From Pseudomonadota bacterium (GTDB taxonomy: Bacteria; Myxococcota; JACRCW01; JAFGSX01): a stretch of DNA of 64,000 bases. The notes under the pieces were generated by a model. It saw nothing but the letters and a program-made list of their open reading frames with translations. It searched no databases and was not told the DNA's origin. Positions 10,342 to 18,939 of this stretch are shown piece after piece. The DNA lies in contig JBDRCO010000023.1 in the NCBI GenBank assembly GCA_043821645.1, positions 96,001 through 160,000 on the forward strand, written 5' to 3'. The stretch's first letter is position 1; the number at the start of each line of letters is the position of its first letter. Made by a program: the position numbers and the translations under genes.

Positions 10342-10845
10342 TCAGGCGCGCGCGTCCCGGCGCTCGAGCGTGACGAAGCTCAGGGCATGGGCATTGCGGT
10401 CGTCCGGCTCGCGCTCGCGGCGTTCGATCTCGGTCCACGCCGCGCTGTCAAAGTCCGGAAATCTGACATCTCCACCGACGTGCGCATGGACAATGGTCAG
10501 CAGTATGCGTTCGGCTCGGGGGAGGAACTGCCGGTACAGCTCTGCACCTCCCGCCACCATGACCTCTTCGGCGCCAGTGGCCCGCGCGACGGCCAGGGCC
10601 TGGTCCACATCATGGACGACGGTGCAGCCCTCGGCCATCCAGTCCGCTTGCCGGGTGAGCACGATGGTGGTGCGGTCGGGCAAGGGCTTGCCGATGGAGG
10701 CGTAGGTGCGCCGGCCCAGGATCACGGGCTTGCCCAGCGTGCTGCGCTTGAAATGCTTGAGGTCGGCAGGGAGACGCCAGGGAAGCTGACCCGCACGGCC
10801 AATCGCGTTGTCCTCGTCCAGCGCTGCAATCAGGGTAATACGCAT
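10342..10845 (-). CDS. folA: dihydrofolate reductase
   Basis: LIAALDEDNAIG, LPWRLPADLKHFK, GRRTYASIGKPLPDR, GGAELY. Confidence 0.96.
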   Translation of the reverse strand: MRITLIAALDEDNAIGRAGQLPWRLPADLKHFKRSTLGKPVILGRRTYASIGKPLPDRTTIVLTRQADWMAEGCTVVHDVDQALAVARATGAEEVMVAGGAELYRQFLPRAERILLTIVHAHVGGDVRFPDFDSAAWTEIERREREPDDRNAHALSFVTLERRDARA

Positions 10846-11003
10846 GATCTGTCGCTCGCCGCGCGATGCGCCGTTTCAGCGCCCAGGATAGCGTGAGATG
10901 CCGTCCGGAGGTCTGCCTTCTGCCTCACCTTGCATGCCTGCTGCGCCCCCCATACATTGTTGCGGCGCGCCAGGACACAGGATCTGTCATCGAGGAGATC
11001 GCG

Positions 11004-11450
11004 GTGGCACAGCACAGACCAGGATCTCCTCCAGGGAACCCCATGGGTGATCTTCAGACTGGCTCCTTCTCGGCCGACGATGAGTTCGGGATGCCGACAA
11101 CCTTGGTAAACGAAAAAGACCCCCTGGACACCCCGGCAGAGCAGATTCCTCCTGGTGTCCAGGCCTCGCTCGAGGGCATCAAAGGTTCGTTGACTGATCA
11201 GAGCCTCGCCCTCAGGCAGCCCGTGACCACCCTGGGCCGGACCGAATCCAACCAGCTTGTGATCCCGGGAGCCGCGGTGTCGTCCCAGCACTGCGTCCTG
11301 TACTTCACGCGGCGCCTGACCTGGCGCCTCGAGGACTGCCACAGCACCAACGGTACCTTTATCAACGGCTCGCGCATCGAGGATGCCCTGCTGCGCAGCG
11401 GCGACGAGGTGCAGATCGGCGACCACACCTTCCTCTTCGTCGGCGCCTGA
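11004..11450 (+). CDS. stand-alone FHA domain protein
   Basis: LGR, VSSQH, STNGTFING, LRSGDEVQIG FHA motifs; GTG start after GAGGAG. Confidence 0.85.
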   Translation: MAQHRPGSPPGNPMGDLQTGSFSADDEFGMPTTLVNEKDPLDTPAEQIPPGVQASLEGIKGSLTDQSLALRQPVTTLGRTESNQLVIPGAAVSSQHCVLYFTRRLTWRLEDCHSTNGTFINGSRIEDALLRSGDEVQIGDHTFLFVGA

Positions 11451-11487
11451 GCTCGGACACCAGGAACCCACCGTTTCTGAGCAAAGG

Positions 11488-12282
11488 TCAGACCGCGATG
11501 GGTGCGCGGATGGCAGGATGTGACTGGTAGCCGCTCAGCTCGAAGTCCTCGTACACGAAATCATCGATGGCCCGCCGCGCCGGGTTCAGGTGCATGCGCG
11601 GCAGCGCGTGGGGTACGCGGGAGAGCTGCAGGTCCGCTTGCTCCAGGTGGTTGAGATACAGGTGGGCATCGCCGATGCTGTGCACGAATTCGCCAGGCCT
11701 CAGGTCACAGACTTGCGCCACCATCATCGTGAGCAGGGCGTAGGACGCGATGTTGAAGGGCACACCAAGAAAGAAGTCCGCAGAGCGCTGGTAGAGCTGG
11801 CAGGACAGCGCGCCGTCGGCCACGTAGAACTGAAACAGGATGTGGCAGGGCGGCAAGCGCATGCGGTCGAGTTCGCCCACGTTCCACGCACTGACGATGT
11901 GGCGACGGGATTCTGGGTTGTTGCGAATCTGCTCAATGACCTGGGTGAGCTGGTCGACACCCTCGCCGCTCGCCGTTCCCCAGCGACGCCACTGGGCCCC
12001 GTAGATGGGCCCGAGGTCGCCGTTGTCGTCGGCCCACTCGTCCCAGATCGTGACCTTGTGCGCATGCAGAGAGCGCACACTGGTGTCGCCCCGCACGAAC
12101 CACAGGAGTTCGTGGATCACGGACTTCAGGTGAAGTTTCTTGGTGGTGACGACGGGAAATCCCAGTTGCAGGTCGAAGCGCAGCTGGACCCCGAACAGGC
12201 TGAGGGTGCCTGTGCCCGTGCGATCACCACGCCGGTTGCCCCGCTCGCGAATTTGCTGCATCACGTCGAGATACTGCTGCAT
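11488..12282 (-). CDS. thyA: thymidylate synthase
   Basis: [35 protein letters not shown]. Confidence 0.97.
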   Translation of the reverse strand: MQQYLDVMQQIRERGNRRGDRTGTGTLSLFGVQLRFDLQLGFPVVTTKKLHLKSVIHELLWFVRGDTSVRSLHAHKVTIWDEWADDNGDLGPIYGAQWRRWGTASGEGVDQLTQVIEQIRNNPESRRHIVSAWNVGELDRMRLPPCHILFQFYVADGALSCQLYQRSADFFLGVPFNIASYALLTMMVAQVCDLRPGEFVHSIGDAHLYLNHLEQADLQLSRVPHALPRMHLNPARRAIDDFVYEDFELSGYQSHPAIRAPIAV

Positions 12283-12376
12283 CCGCTTGGGTCCTTTCGC
12301 CCTTGAGCTGGTCTGCCACGAGGCGGGATGCTCGGAGCGGATCCCGACCCGCACCCGCGGCCACCTCGAGGTGGAG

Positions 12377-12829
12377 TCAGTTCGGGAGCTTGTGGAGCAT
12401 GCGCCAGACAAAGCGATGGATGCGGTGCGGGACCCCGGCGGGCTCCGCGAACATCAGGATGCACTCACCGTGCACCACATCGATCCCACGCTCATGGCAC
12501 AGCGCCACCGCGCGATCGGACTCGGCCCCCTGCTGCATCCACACCCGGCGGATGCCGACCTGGGCCACCTCCTCGACCACCTTCTCGGTCTGGGCCGGCG
12601 GCACGACCAGCACCACACCATCGACGCGCTCGGCCAGCTCACCGAGGCTGTGGGCGCAGGCATGACCGTCGATGTTCTCCGCCGTGGGGTGCACGGGGGT
12701 CACCTGGTAGCCCTTGCCTGACAGTTCCTTCAGGATCACGTTGCCAAACTTCTTGCCGCCAGACGACGCTCCCACGAGGGCCAGGCGCTTGCTCCCGAGG
12801 AAGGTCTCGACGGTTGCCTTGCGAGTCAT
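12377..12829 (-). CDS. CoA-binding protein (YccU-like)
   Basis: [25 protein letters not shown]; start overlaps the upstream BMC-P stop (ATGA). Confidence 0.88.
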   Translation of the reverse strand: MTRKATVETFLGSKRLALVGASSGGKKFGNVILKELSGKGYQVTPVHPTAENIDGHACAHSLGELAERVDGVVLVVPPAQTEKVVEEVAQVGIRRVWMQQGAESDRAVALCHERGIDVVHGECILMFAEPAGVPHRIHRFVWRMLHKLPN

Positions 12830-13173
12830 GTTGCCTCCGGATGATCGACCAGGGCTTCCGGATCGACCTGCATGCCATCCACCACCGCGACCACGGCAGC
12901 GTCCACCGCGAACCGAGTGATCTCCTCGGGACCCATCACCTGTTGCAGCGCCACCCTGGCCGCGTGCCCGAAAGCCACGACCACCTGATCCCCCTCGCCA
13001 GCATCGAGCACATCGGCGCAGATCACGAGCTCGTCGCACGCGGCCTGTGGTCTCGACCCCTCGGGTCCCAGATCGGAGACATGCAAGGGTTGCACGGCCA
13101 GCAGCTTGAGACCCTGGATCTGCGGCCACTTGACCGTCGACCACACAGCACCGACAACGCGTCCAACAAACAT
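12826..13173 (-). CDS. EutN/CcmL family microcompartment vertex protein (BMC-P)
   Basis: MFVGRVVGAVWSTVK...D.LDAGEGDQVVV..G.AAR...VDAAVVAVVD. Confidence 0.9.
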   Translation of the reverse strand: MFVGRVVGAVWSTVKWPQIQGLKLLAVQPLHVSDLGPEGSRPQAACDELVICADVLDAGEGDQVVVAFGHAARVALQQVMGPEEITRFAVDAAVVAVVDGMQVDPEALVDHPEAT

Positions 13174-13460
13174 CACGGACTCCCTGGGGCAGCCTGATCT
13201 GTGCTGCCGTCGACGATCTGCGCCACTGCCGCGTCGCACAACAGGTGCCGGTTGTGTGGACCGGGCTGCAACACATTGCGCGCACCGCTCCCCAGGGCCA
13301 CCAGCACGTGGTCACCGATGCGCGCATCGAGCGTATCCATCGCCACCAGCAGTCTGTCCCCGGGCTCCGCCGCCACCAGCAACAGGGTGCGGCCTTTCAG
13401 GCCAGGTACCTGACGGGTGCCCCAGACCTGTCCCACCACCCGACCGCGGATCATGTCCAC
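13173..13460 (-). CDS. EutN/CcmL family microcompartment vertex protein (BMC-P)
   Basis: MIRGRVVGQVWGT...VAMDTLDARIGDHVLV..GSGAR...DAAVAQIVD. Confidence 0.88.
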   Translation of the reverse strand: MDMIRGRVVGQVWGTRQVPGLKGRTLLLVAAEPGDRLLVAMDTLDARIGDHVLVALGSGARNVLQPGPHNRHLLCDAAVAQIVDGSTDQAAPGSP

Positions 13461-13798
13461 TCCACGGCTCGAGGTCCGTCACTTCGGGCGAACCGAAGGG
13501 GCCGCTGCGCGCCGGGCGCGAAGGCGTCGCGACGGAACTGGCAGCGATCGACCACCGCCATGATGGCCGCGTCGACGGGAAAGTTGGCATGACCCAGGGC
13601 CTCGCGTGCGGGAGCGCCCAGGCACACCACCACGTCGTCACCCACGCCGGCCTGCACCGTGTCCACGACCACCAGGTGATCGACGTCCGGGGCCAGCTCG
13701 AAAGCGGCGTGAGGCCGCACCAGCATCAGCTTGTGCTGCCCTAGCCGCGGGTGCTTCCGCGTGGCCCACAGGGTGCCGATGACACGCGCCAAGATCAT
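13451..13798 (-). CDS. EutN/CcmL family microcompartment vertex protein (BMC-P)
   Basis: MILARVIGTLWATRKHP.L...KLMLV...DTVQAGVGDDVVV..G.PAR...PVDAAIMAVVD. Confidence 0.92.
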   Translation of the reverse strand: MILARVIGTLWATRKHPRLGQHKLMLVRPHAAFELAPDVDHLVVVDTVQAGVGDDVVVCLGAPAREALGHANFPVDAAIMAVVDRCQFRRDAFAPGAQRPLRFARSDGPRAVEWT

Positions 13799-14094
13799 CG
13801 TGCGCCACCTCGGCCACACAGATCGACAGCATCGACGATAGCCAGCACCACAGCCTTGGTCGGGAGGTCGTCGCCCACGGTCAGATCGCGGGCACGGCTG
13901 GAATGCGCGACCAGTACCAGCTCGCCCGGCCCCGCCCCCAGGCGGTCCAGCGCCACCACGGCGTCGCCCCGCTCCACCAGGCCACACCCGGCCAGGTCTC
14001 GACGGACCGGGCGCACGGTCAACAGGCGTTGCCCTTCCAGCTTCGGCGCCTGGCGCGCACCCCACACGTTTCCGACGACACGTCCGAGCAACAT
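13795..14094 (-). CDS. EutN/CcmL family microcompartment vertex protein (BMC-P)
   Basis: MLLGRVVGNVWG...VALDRLGAGPGELVLV..SSRAR...VVLAIVD. Confidence 0.9.
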   Translation of the reverse strand: MLLGRVVGNVWGARQAPKLEGQRLLTVRPVRRDLAGCGLVERGDAVVALDRLGAGPGELVLVAHSSRARDLTVGDDLPTKAVVLAIVDAVDLCGRGGAR

Positions 14095-14216
14095 GGTGGC
14101 CTCAACGGAGGGCAGCATACACCGTCGGGCGCCCGGGATGAACTGGCCAGAGACAGTACAGCTGCCGGGATGTCCTGCGCCGGATGGTTGCCCGGACTGC
14201 ACTTCTAGCGGGATGT

Positions 14217-15254
14217 TCAGGCTGCCTTGTCCTGGTGTTCCTCGCCCATGAAGCGGTCGACACCGAGGTTGGCCATCAGCGCGCGCTCGATCTCCTCGCG
14301 GAGGGCGGGATCTGCCTTGAGAGCATCGCGCGCCTTGTCGCGCCCCTGCCCCAGCCGGCGCTCACCGCAGGCGAACCAGGCGCCACTCTTCTGGATCAGC
14401 CCGCAGCGCTCACCGAGATCGATCAGCTCGCCCTCGTGGCTGACGCCCTCGCCGAACAGGATGTCGAACTCGGCCTCGCGGAAGGGAGGCGCCATCTTGT
14501 TCTTGACGACCTTGACCCGGGTCCGGTTTCCGGTCACCCCACTCTCGTCCTTGATCGCCTGACCACGGCGGATGTCGAGCCGGACCGAAGCGTAGAACTT
14601 GAGCGCCATGCCACCGCTGGTGGTCTCGGGGTTGCCGTAGACCACACCGATCTTCATCCGGGTCTGGTTGATGAATACCACCAGGGCCCGCTGCTTGTGG
14701 ACGGTCGCGGTGAGCTTGCGCAGGGCCTGGCTCATCAGCCGCGCTTGCAGGCCGACATGTGCATCGCCCATCTCGCCCTCGATCTCGGCGCGCGGCGTCA
14801 GGGCTGCGACGCTGTCGACCACGATGATGTCGACGGCACCAGAGCGCACCAGCGTCTCGACGATCTCCAGCGCCTGCTCGCCGGTGTCGGGCTGCGATAC
14901 CAGCAAGCTGGCAAGGTCCACCCCGAGATGCTGGGCATAGCTGGCATCAAAGGCGTGCTCCGCGTCGACGAAGGCCGCCACCCCTCCCAGCTTCTGGGCC
15001 TGGGCGATGGCATGCAGGGTCAGGGTGGTCTTGCCGCTGGACTCGGCGCCGTAGATCTCGATGATGCGCCCGCGAGGCAGGCCGCCGATACCGAGGGCCG
15101 TATCCAGGGTCAGGGAGCCCGAGGGGATGACGGGCACACGGTGCTCGACCGTGGTGTCATCGCCAAGGCACATGATCGAACCCTTCCCGAATTGCTTCTC
15201 GATGGCGGCAACAGCCGCCGTGATGGCCTTCAGCTTGTCCTTGACGGTGCTCAT
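14217..15254 (-). CDS. recA: recombinase RecA
   Basis: [46 protein letters not shown]. Confidence 0.98.
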   Translation of the reverse strand: MSTVKDKLKAITAAVAAIEKQFGKGSIMCLGDDTTVEHRVPVIPSGSLTLDTALGIGGLPRGRIIEIYGAESSGKTTLTLHAIAQAQKLGGVAAFVDAEHAFDASYAQHLGVDLASLLVSQPDTGEQALEIVETLVRSGAVDIIVVDSVAALTPRAEIEGEMGDAHVGLQARLMSQALRKLTATVHKQRALVVFINQTRMKIGVVYGNPETTSGGMALKFYASVRLDIRRGQAIKDESGVTGNRTRVKVVKNKMAPPFREAEFDILFGEGVSHEGELIDLGERCGLIQKSGAWFACGERRLGQGRDKARDALKADPALREEIERALMANLGVDRFMGEEHQDKAA

Positions 15255-15318
15255 GGTTCCTCCGCGCGCTGTCAAGCGCCTGTGTGTTGTTGTCGCGGTG
15301 GGCGACAAAAACGGAGGG

Positions 15319-15334
15319 AGCAAGGACCTTGCCA
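15319..15334 (-). promoter_or_regulatory. putative sigma54 (-24/-12) promoter of recA
   Basis: Minus strand reads TGGCAA-GGTCC-TTGCT, with the exact spacing of TGGCAC-N5-TTGCW, about 65 nt upstream of the ATG. Confidence 0.55.
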
Positions 15335-15425
15335 GCGCGAACCCGGCCTCTGGCGCTTGCTTTTCGGAGCGCAGCCTCATCTTTGTTGAATCGTGATGAC
15401 GCACAATGCGACAGTGCGCTGCAGG

Positions 15426-15857
15426 ATGCATCAGCCTGAGCTTCAGAGACTGGCCAACCGCGCCGAACTCGCCCTGCAGGATCGCCACGCGGATGGCCTC
15501 AAGCCGGGAGAGCGTTTCGCCGTGCGCTTGCTGCACCACGGCGACGCTCGGCGCGTGCAAGTGCAGATCATCGATCCGACGCAGGACCGGGTCCTCGAGC
15601 TGGTGGCTGATGTTCCGGAGCTGGTGGATGAGGAAGCCATCCCCCTGGCCCTCGATTTCCTGGATCGCGTGCTCGATGAGGTCCTGCAAAATGACCGCGA
15701 GGCCTATCCCCCTTTAGACCCCACGCCCTACACGTTCGAGGACCAGGTCGTGTACCTGTCCGGGGGGGTGCGACGACCGGGGCTGGAGAAGCAGGCCGAC
15801 GAGCTGCTGCGGCAAGCCGGCTTCGATCCCGACGACGTGCCCGACGATCCGAACTGA
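15426..15857 (+). CDS. hypothetical protein
   Basis: Acidic ~143-aa ORF divergent from recA with coding-like codon usage. Confidence 0.6.
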   Translation: MHQPELQRLANRAELALQDRHADGLKPGERFAVRLLHHGDARRVQVQIIDPTQDRVLELVADVPELVDEEAIPLALDFLDRVLDEVLQNDREAYPPLDPTPYTFEDQVVYLSGGVRRPGLEKQADELLRQAGFDPDDVPDDPN

Positions 15858-15891
15858 TGCCCATTAGGCTCGTGGTCCGACGCGATGCCCC

Positions 15892-17028
15892 TCAGGGCGA
15901 GAACAGACCCAGGTAGATGCCGAGCAAGGACTCGCGTGCACTGCCACTCTGCGGCACGCGGGGTGCCGAGAACACGGGTCGCGCTCCGGCGTAGGCGCGC
16001 AGCTCTTCCAGCGCCCGGCCATGCAGGCTGACGGTCTCGTGAAAGGACTGGCGGTGGCTCTCCAGCCGCTCCACGAAGGCGCGCACTCTGTCCTCGCTTT
16101 CGCCGATGAGGGCGGCGGCGCGGGTCGTGCTGGCGTCGAGGTCGAGCCACTCCGGGGCATAGGCCTGGTCGACGCGGTTGACGATGAAGGCCCGGGGTGC
16201 ACAGCCCGCTTCGCTCAGGCGCCTGTCGATCTCCCGCGCCTCGTCGATGCGCGAAGGGTCTGGCGAGGTGACGACGATGAACACGCTCCGGGGATCGCGC
16301 AGCAGGGCGCCGATGCGCTCCCCTCGGGCCCGGAAGGCGCCGAACAGGTCGCCAAAGGCCGAGAAGAAGCCCGTCATGTCCTCGACGAACTGCTCGCCGG
16401 CCAGGCGCGCCATCAAACCCAGCACCCTGCTACCTGCCCGGTCGAACAGCCGGGCAGTCCAGCCGCTGTTCGGGGTGGTGGGCATGAACCAGCGCAGCAC
16501 CTTCTCGTGAAAGAAGCGCGCCGCTCGGTCCGGGGCCTCAAGAAAGTCCAGAGCGTTGGTCGTGGGCGGCGTGTCGAGGACGATGCTGTCGAATGCTCCC
16601 GAGTTCGAGAGGTCGTGCAGCCGCTCGATGGCCATGTACTCGAGGGTGCCAGACAGGCTTCGCGACAGATGGACGTAGAAACGATTCTCGAGCAGCCCCC
16701 GCCGACGGTCCGCATCGGGAACCAGCATGGAGATCAGATGGTCGAAGGTCACCGCGGGGTCCAGCATCAACGCCGACAGGCTGCCCTGCTGGTGCATCTT
16801 GTCGAAGGCGGTGACCGGGGTCGGGTCGTTGGTCAGGCCGGCCACACCCAGGGCGTCGGCCAGACGCCGTGCGGGGTCGATGGTCAGCACCAGCGAACGC
16901 CGTCCTGCCACGGCAGTGCGCAGGGCCAGCACGGCCGACACCGTGGTTTTGCCCACACCGCCGGGTCCCAGGCAGATCACGAGCGGTGCATCGTCCACCA
17001 GATCCTGAAGTGTCGTTTTCGCGCTCAC
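15892..17028 (-). CDS. ArsA/Get3-like P-loop ATPase
   Basis: GPGGVGKTT, LTIDPARRLADALG, DTPPTTNALDFL. Confidence 0.88.
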   Translation of the reverse strand: MSAKTTLQDLVDDAPLVICLGPGGVGKTTVSAVLALRTAVAGRRSLVLTIDPARRLADALGVAGLTNDPTPVTAFDKMHQQGSLSALMLDPAVTFDHLISMLVPDADRRRGLLENRFYVHLSRSLSGTLEYMAIERLHDLSNSGAFDSIVLDTPPTTNALDFLEAPDRAARFFHEKVLRWFMPTTPNSGWTARLFDRAGSRVLGLMARLAGEQFVEDMTGFFSAFGDLFGAFRARGERIGALLRDPRSVFIVVTSPDPSRIDEAREIDRRLSEAGCAPRAFIVNRVDQAYAPEWLDLDASTTRAAALIGESEDRVRAFVERLESHRQSFHETVSLHGRALEELRAYAGARPVFSAPRVPQSGSARESLLGIYLGLFSP

Positions 17029-17924
17029 GTGGCCAGTGCCTGCACCAGGCCATCGACCTGCCGGCGAGCGTCGAGGTCCACGTGCTGAGGCAGCTCGATC
17101 ACGGTCCCGTCGACGGAGCGGCGCAGGCGATCGATCTGGGCGCGTGCTTCATCCGCACCGTCGAGCTCGCTGCGCGCAGCCCGGGCGATGCGACCAAGCT
17201 CGGCGTCGGCGCTCTGGCGGATCTGCTCGAGCCAGGCGCGCTCGGAGTCCTCCACCGGTGGCCGCGGCACCTGGTTGACGACGACATGGCTGCAGGCCAT
17301 GCCCAGCTCGGCGGCCCGCTGCACGAGTTCGATGGTCTCGTTGACGGGCAGCTCCTCGGGAAGCGCCACCACCACCAGCTCGCAGCGGCGGCGATCGAAG
17401 AACAGGGTCTCGAGGCGCTCGGCCATGCGCGCCACCGGCCCGACCCTCAGCATGCGCTGCACGGCATTCGGCGTCCCGAGCAGGGTCAAGGCGTGACCGG
17501 TGGCAGGCAGGTCGACGATGACGGGACAGCGCGGCGCATTTCTCTCGACCAGCTCGCGCACCTCGTCGAGCAACACCAGCTCGCTGACCGCAGGGGCCGT
17601 GCGCATGAACAGCCGGATGATCCGGTTCGAGAGCAGGACATTCAGCATCTGCGGCAGACGCAACAGCCGCCCGAGCACTGCGGGCAGCACCTGCTCGATG
17701 TCGATATTGACGAGCTGCAAGCCCGGACTGTCATCGACCATGCTCGTCAGGCGCGGATGTGCGGAGCTCTCCACGGCGACGGCTCCACCACGCACGCGCA
17801 CCGCCAGCTCGGCCAGGGCTGCGGTCACGGTGCTCTTGCCCACACCGCCCTTGCCCGTGACCAGGATCAGGTCGCGCTGTCGCACCAGCGCGGTCAGGGC
17901 GTTCTCGGCTCGACCTTGTTCCAC
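17025..17924 (-). CDS. ArsA/Get3-like P-loop ATPase (partner subunit)
   Basis: TGKGGVGKST, DLPATGHAL, LPEELPVNET; GTG start after GAGGGAG; stop overlaps the next start. Confidence 0.85.
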   Translation of the reverse strand: MEQGRAENALTALVRQRDLILVTGKGGVGKSTVTAALAELAVRVRGGAVAVESSAHPRLTSMVDDSPGLQLVNIDIEQVLPAVLGRLLRLPQMLNVLLSNRIIRLFMRTAPAVSELVLLDEVRELVERNAPRCPVIVDLPATGHALTLLGTPNAVQRMLRVGPVARMAERLETLFFDRRRCELVVVALPEELPVNETIELVQRAAELGMACSHVVVNQVPRPPVEDSERAWLEQIRQSADAELGRIARAARSELDGADEARAQIDRLRRSVDGTVIELPQHVDLDARRQVDGLVQALAT

Positions 17925-18035
17925 GTTCTCCCTCGTCGCCCTGGCCCCCGGCCTCCGGCGAGGCTGCACATCTAGCAACCTCGGCACCTGCTTGACAAGG
18001 GCGGCAGGCTCCCGGCGCTGCGCTATAGTCCGAAT

Positions 18036-18935
18036 ATGCAACCCCATCCCGGCTACCGCGAAGGCCTGTGCCGCTCGGTCGATGGAACCGAGATCTTTTA
18101 CAACACCACCGGTGCCGGCGAGACCATCGTGATGTGCGATGGCATTGGCTGCGACCAGTACGCCTGGACCTACCTGGCCCCCTACCTGGCCACGCGCTTC
18201 CAGGTTGTGCGCTGGAACTACCGGGGTCACGGACGCAGCGGTCCCCCGCCCTCGCTCGATGCCATGACCCTGGACCGCCTATGCGACGACCTGGACGCCG
18301 TGCTCGATGCCGTCGGGGCGCGCCACGCCATCCTGGTCGGCCACTCGATGGGTGTCCAGGTCCTGCTCGAGCAGTGGCAGCGCCGCCCGTCGACTGTGCG
18401 CGGGCTGGTCACCATCTGTGGCGCATACGGCCGCCCCCTGGACACCTTGCGCGGCAGCGCCCTGGCGATGACGCTCTTTCCACACCTGCGCGCCCTTGCG
18501 GGGATCTTCCCCAACCTGACCCAGCTGGCCTGGGAGCACCTGGTGCCGACTCGCCTCGCACTGGCCCTGGCGGGCTGGGTCGAGGTGAACATGGACCTGG
18601 TTCGCGTGGTCGATTTCATCCCCTACCTCGACCACCTGGGGCACATCGACGTTCAGGTCTTTTTGGCCTTGCTGGGTGACATCTCCGAGCGAAGCGCCGA
18701 GGATGCCCTGTCCCGGATCGCCGTGCCGACCCTGGTCCTGGCCGGCGAGAGGGACACCTTCACCCCGGCCCGCCTGGCCGAGCGCATGCACCAGCTGATC
18801 CCGAACAGCGAGTACCTGCTGGTCCCGCTCGGCAGCCACACCATGCCCATCGAGATGCCGGACCTGGTCAACCTGCGTGTCGAGAAGTTCCTGCGCGAAC
18901 GTGTCGAGCCCTTGCTCGACGAGCGCGCTGCCTGA
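18036..18935 (+). CDS. alpha/beta fold hydrolase
   Basis: YRGHGRS, GHSMG nucleophile elbow, GERDTFTP, GSH. Confidence 0.9.
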   Translation: MQPHPGYREGLCRSVDGTEIFYNTTGAGETIVMCDGIGCDQYAWTYLAPYLATRFQVVRWNYRGHGRSGPPPSLDAMTLDRLCDDLDAVLDAVGARHAILVGHSMGVQVLLEQWQRRPSTVRGLVTICGAYGRPLDTLRGSALAMTLFPHLRALAGIFPNLTQLAWEHLVPTRLALALAGWVEVNMDLVRVVDFIPYLDHLGHIDVQVFLALLGDISERSAEDALSRIAVPTLVLAGERDTFTPARLAERMHQLIPNSEYLLVPLGSHTMPIEMPDLVNLRVEKFLRERVEPLLDERAA

Positions 18936-18939
18936 GTGC

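Noticed and set aside
14217-15689. N-terminally extended RecA (490 aa) or intein
   Set aside because: The true start is at 15254 with a GGAGG RBS; the extension overlaps a divergent gene, and the RecA core is uninterrupted.
15892-17924. Arsenic resistance operon
   Set aside because: No arsB, arsC, arsR or arsD nearby, and the motifs fit Get3-like paired ATPases.
17992-18035. sigma70 promoter TTGACA…TATAGT before the alpha/beta hydrolase
   Set aside because: The spacing between hexamers (about 26 bp) is too long. The -10 alone might drive a leaderless transcript but cannot be supported further.
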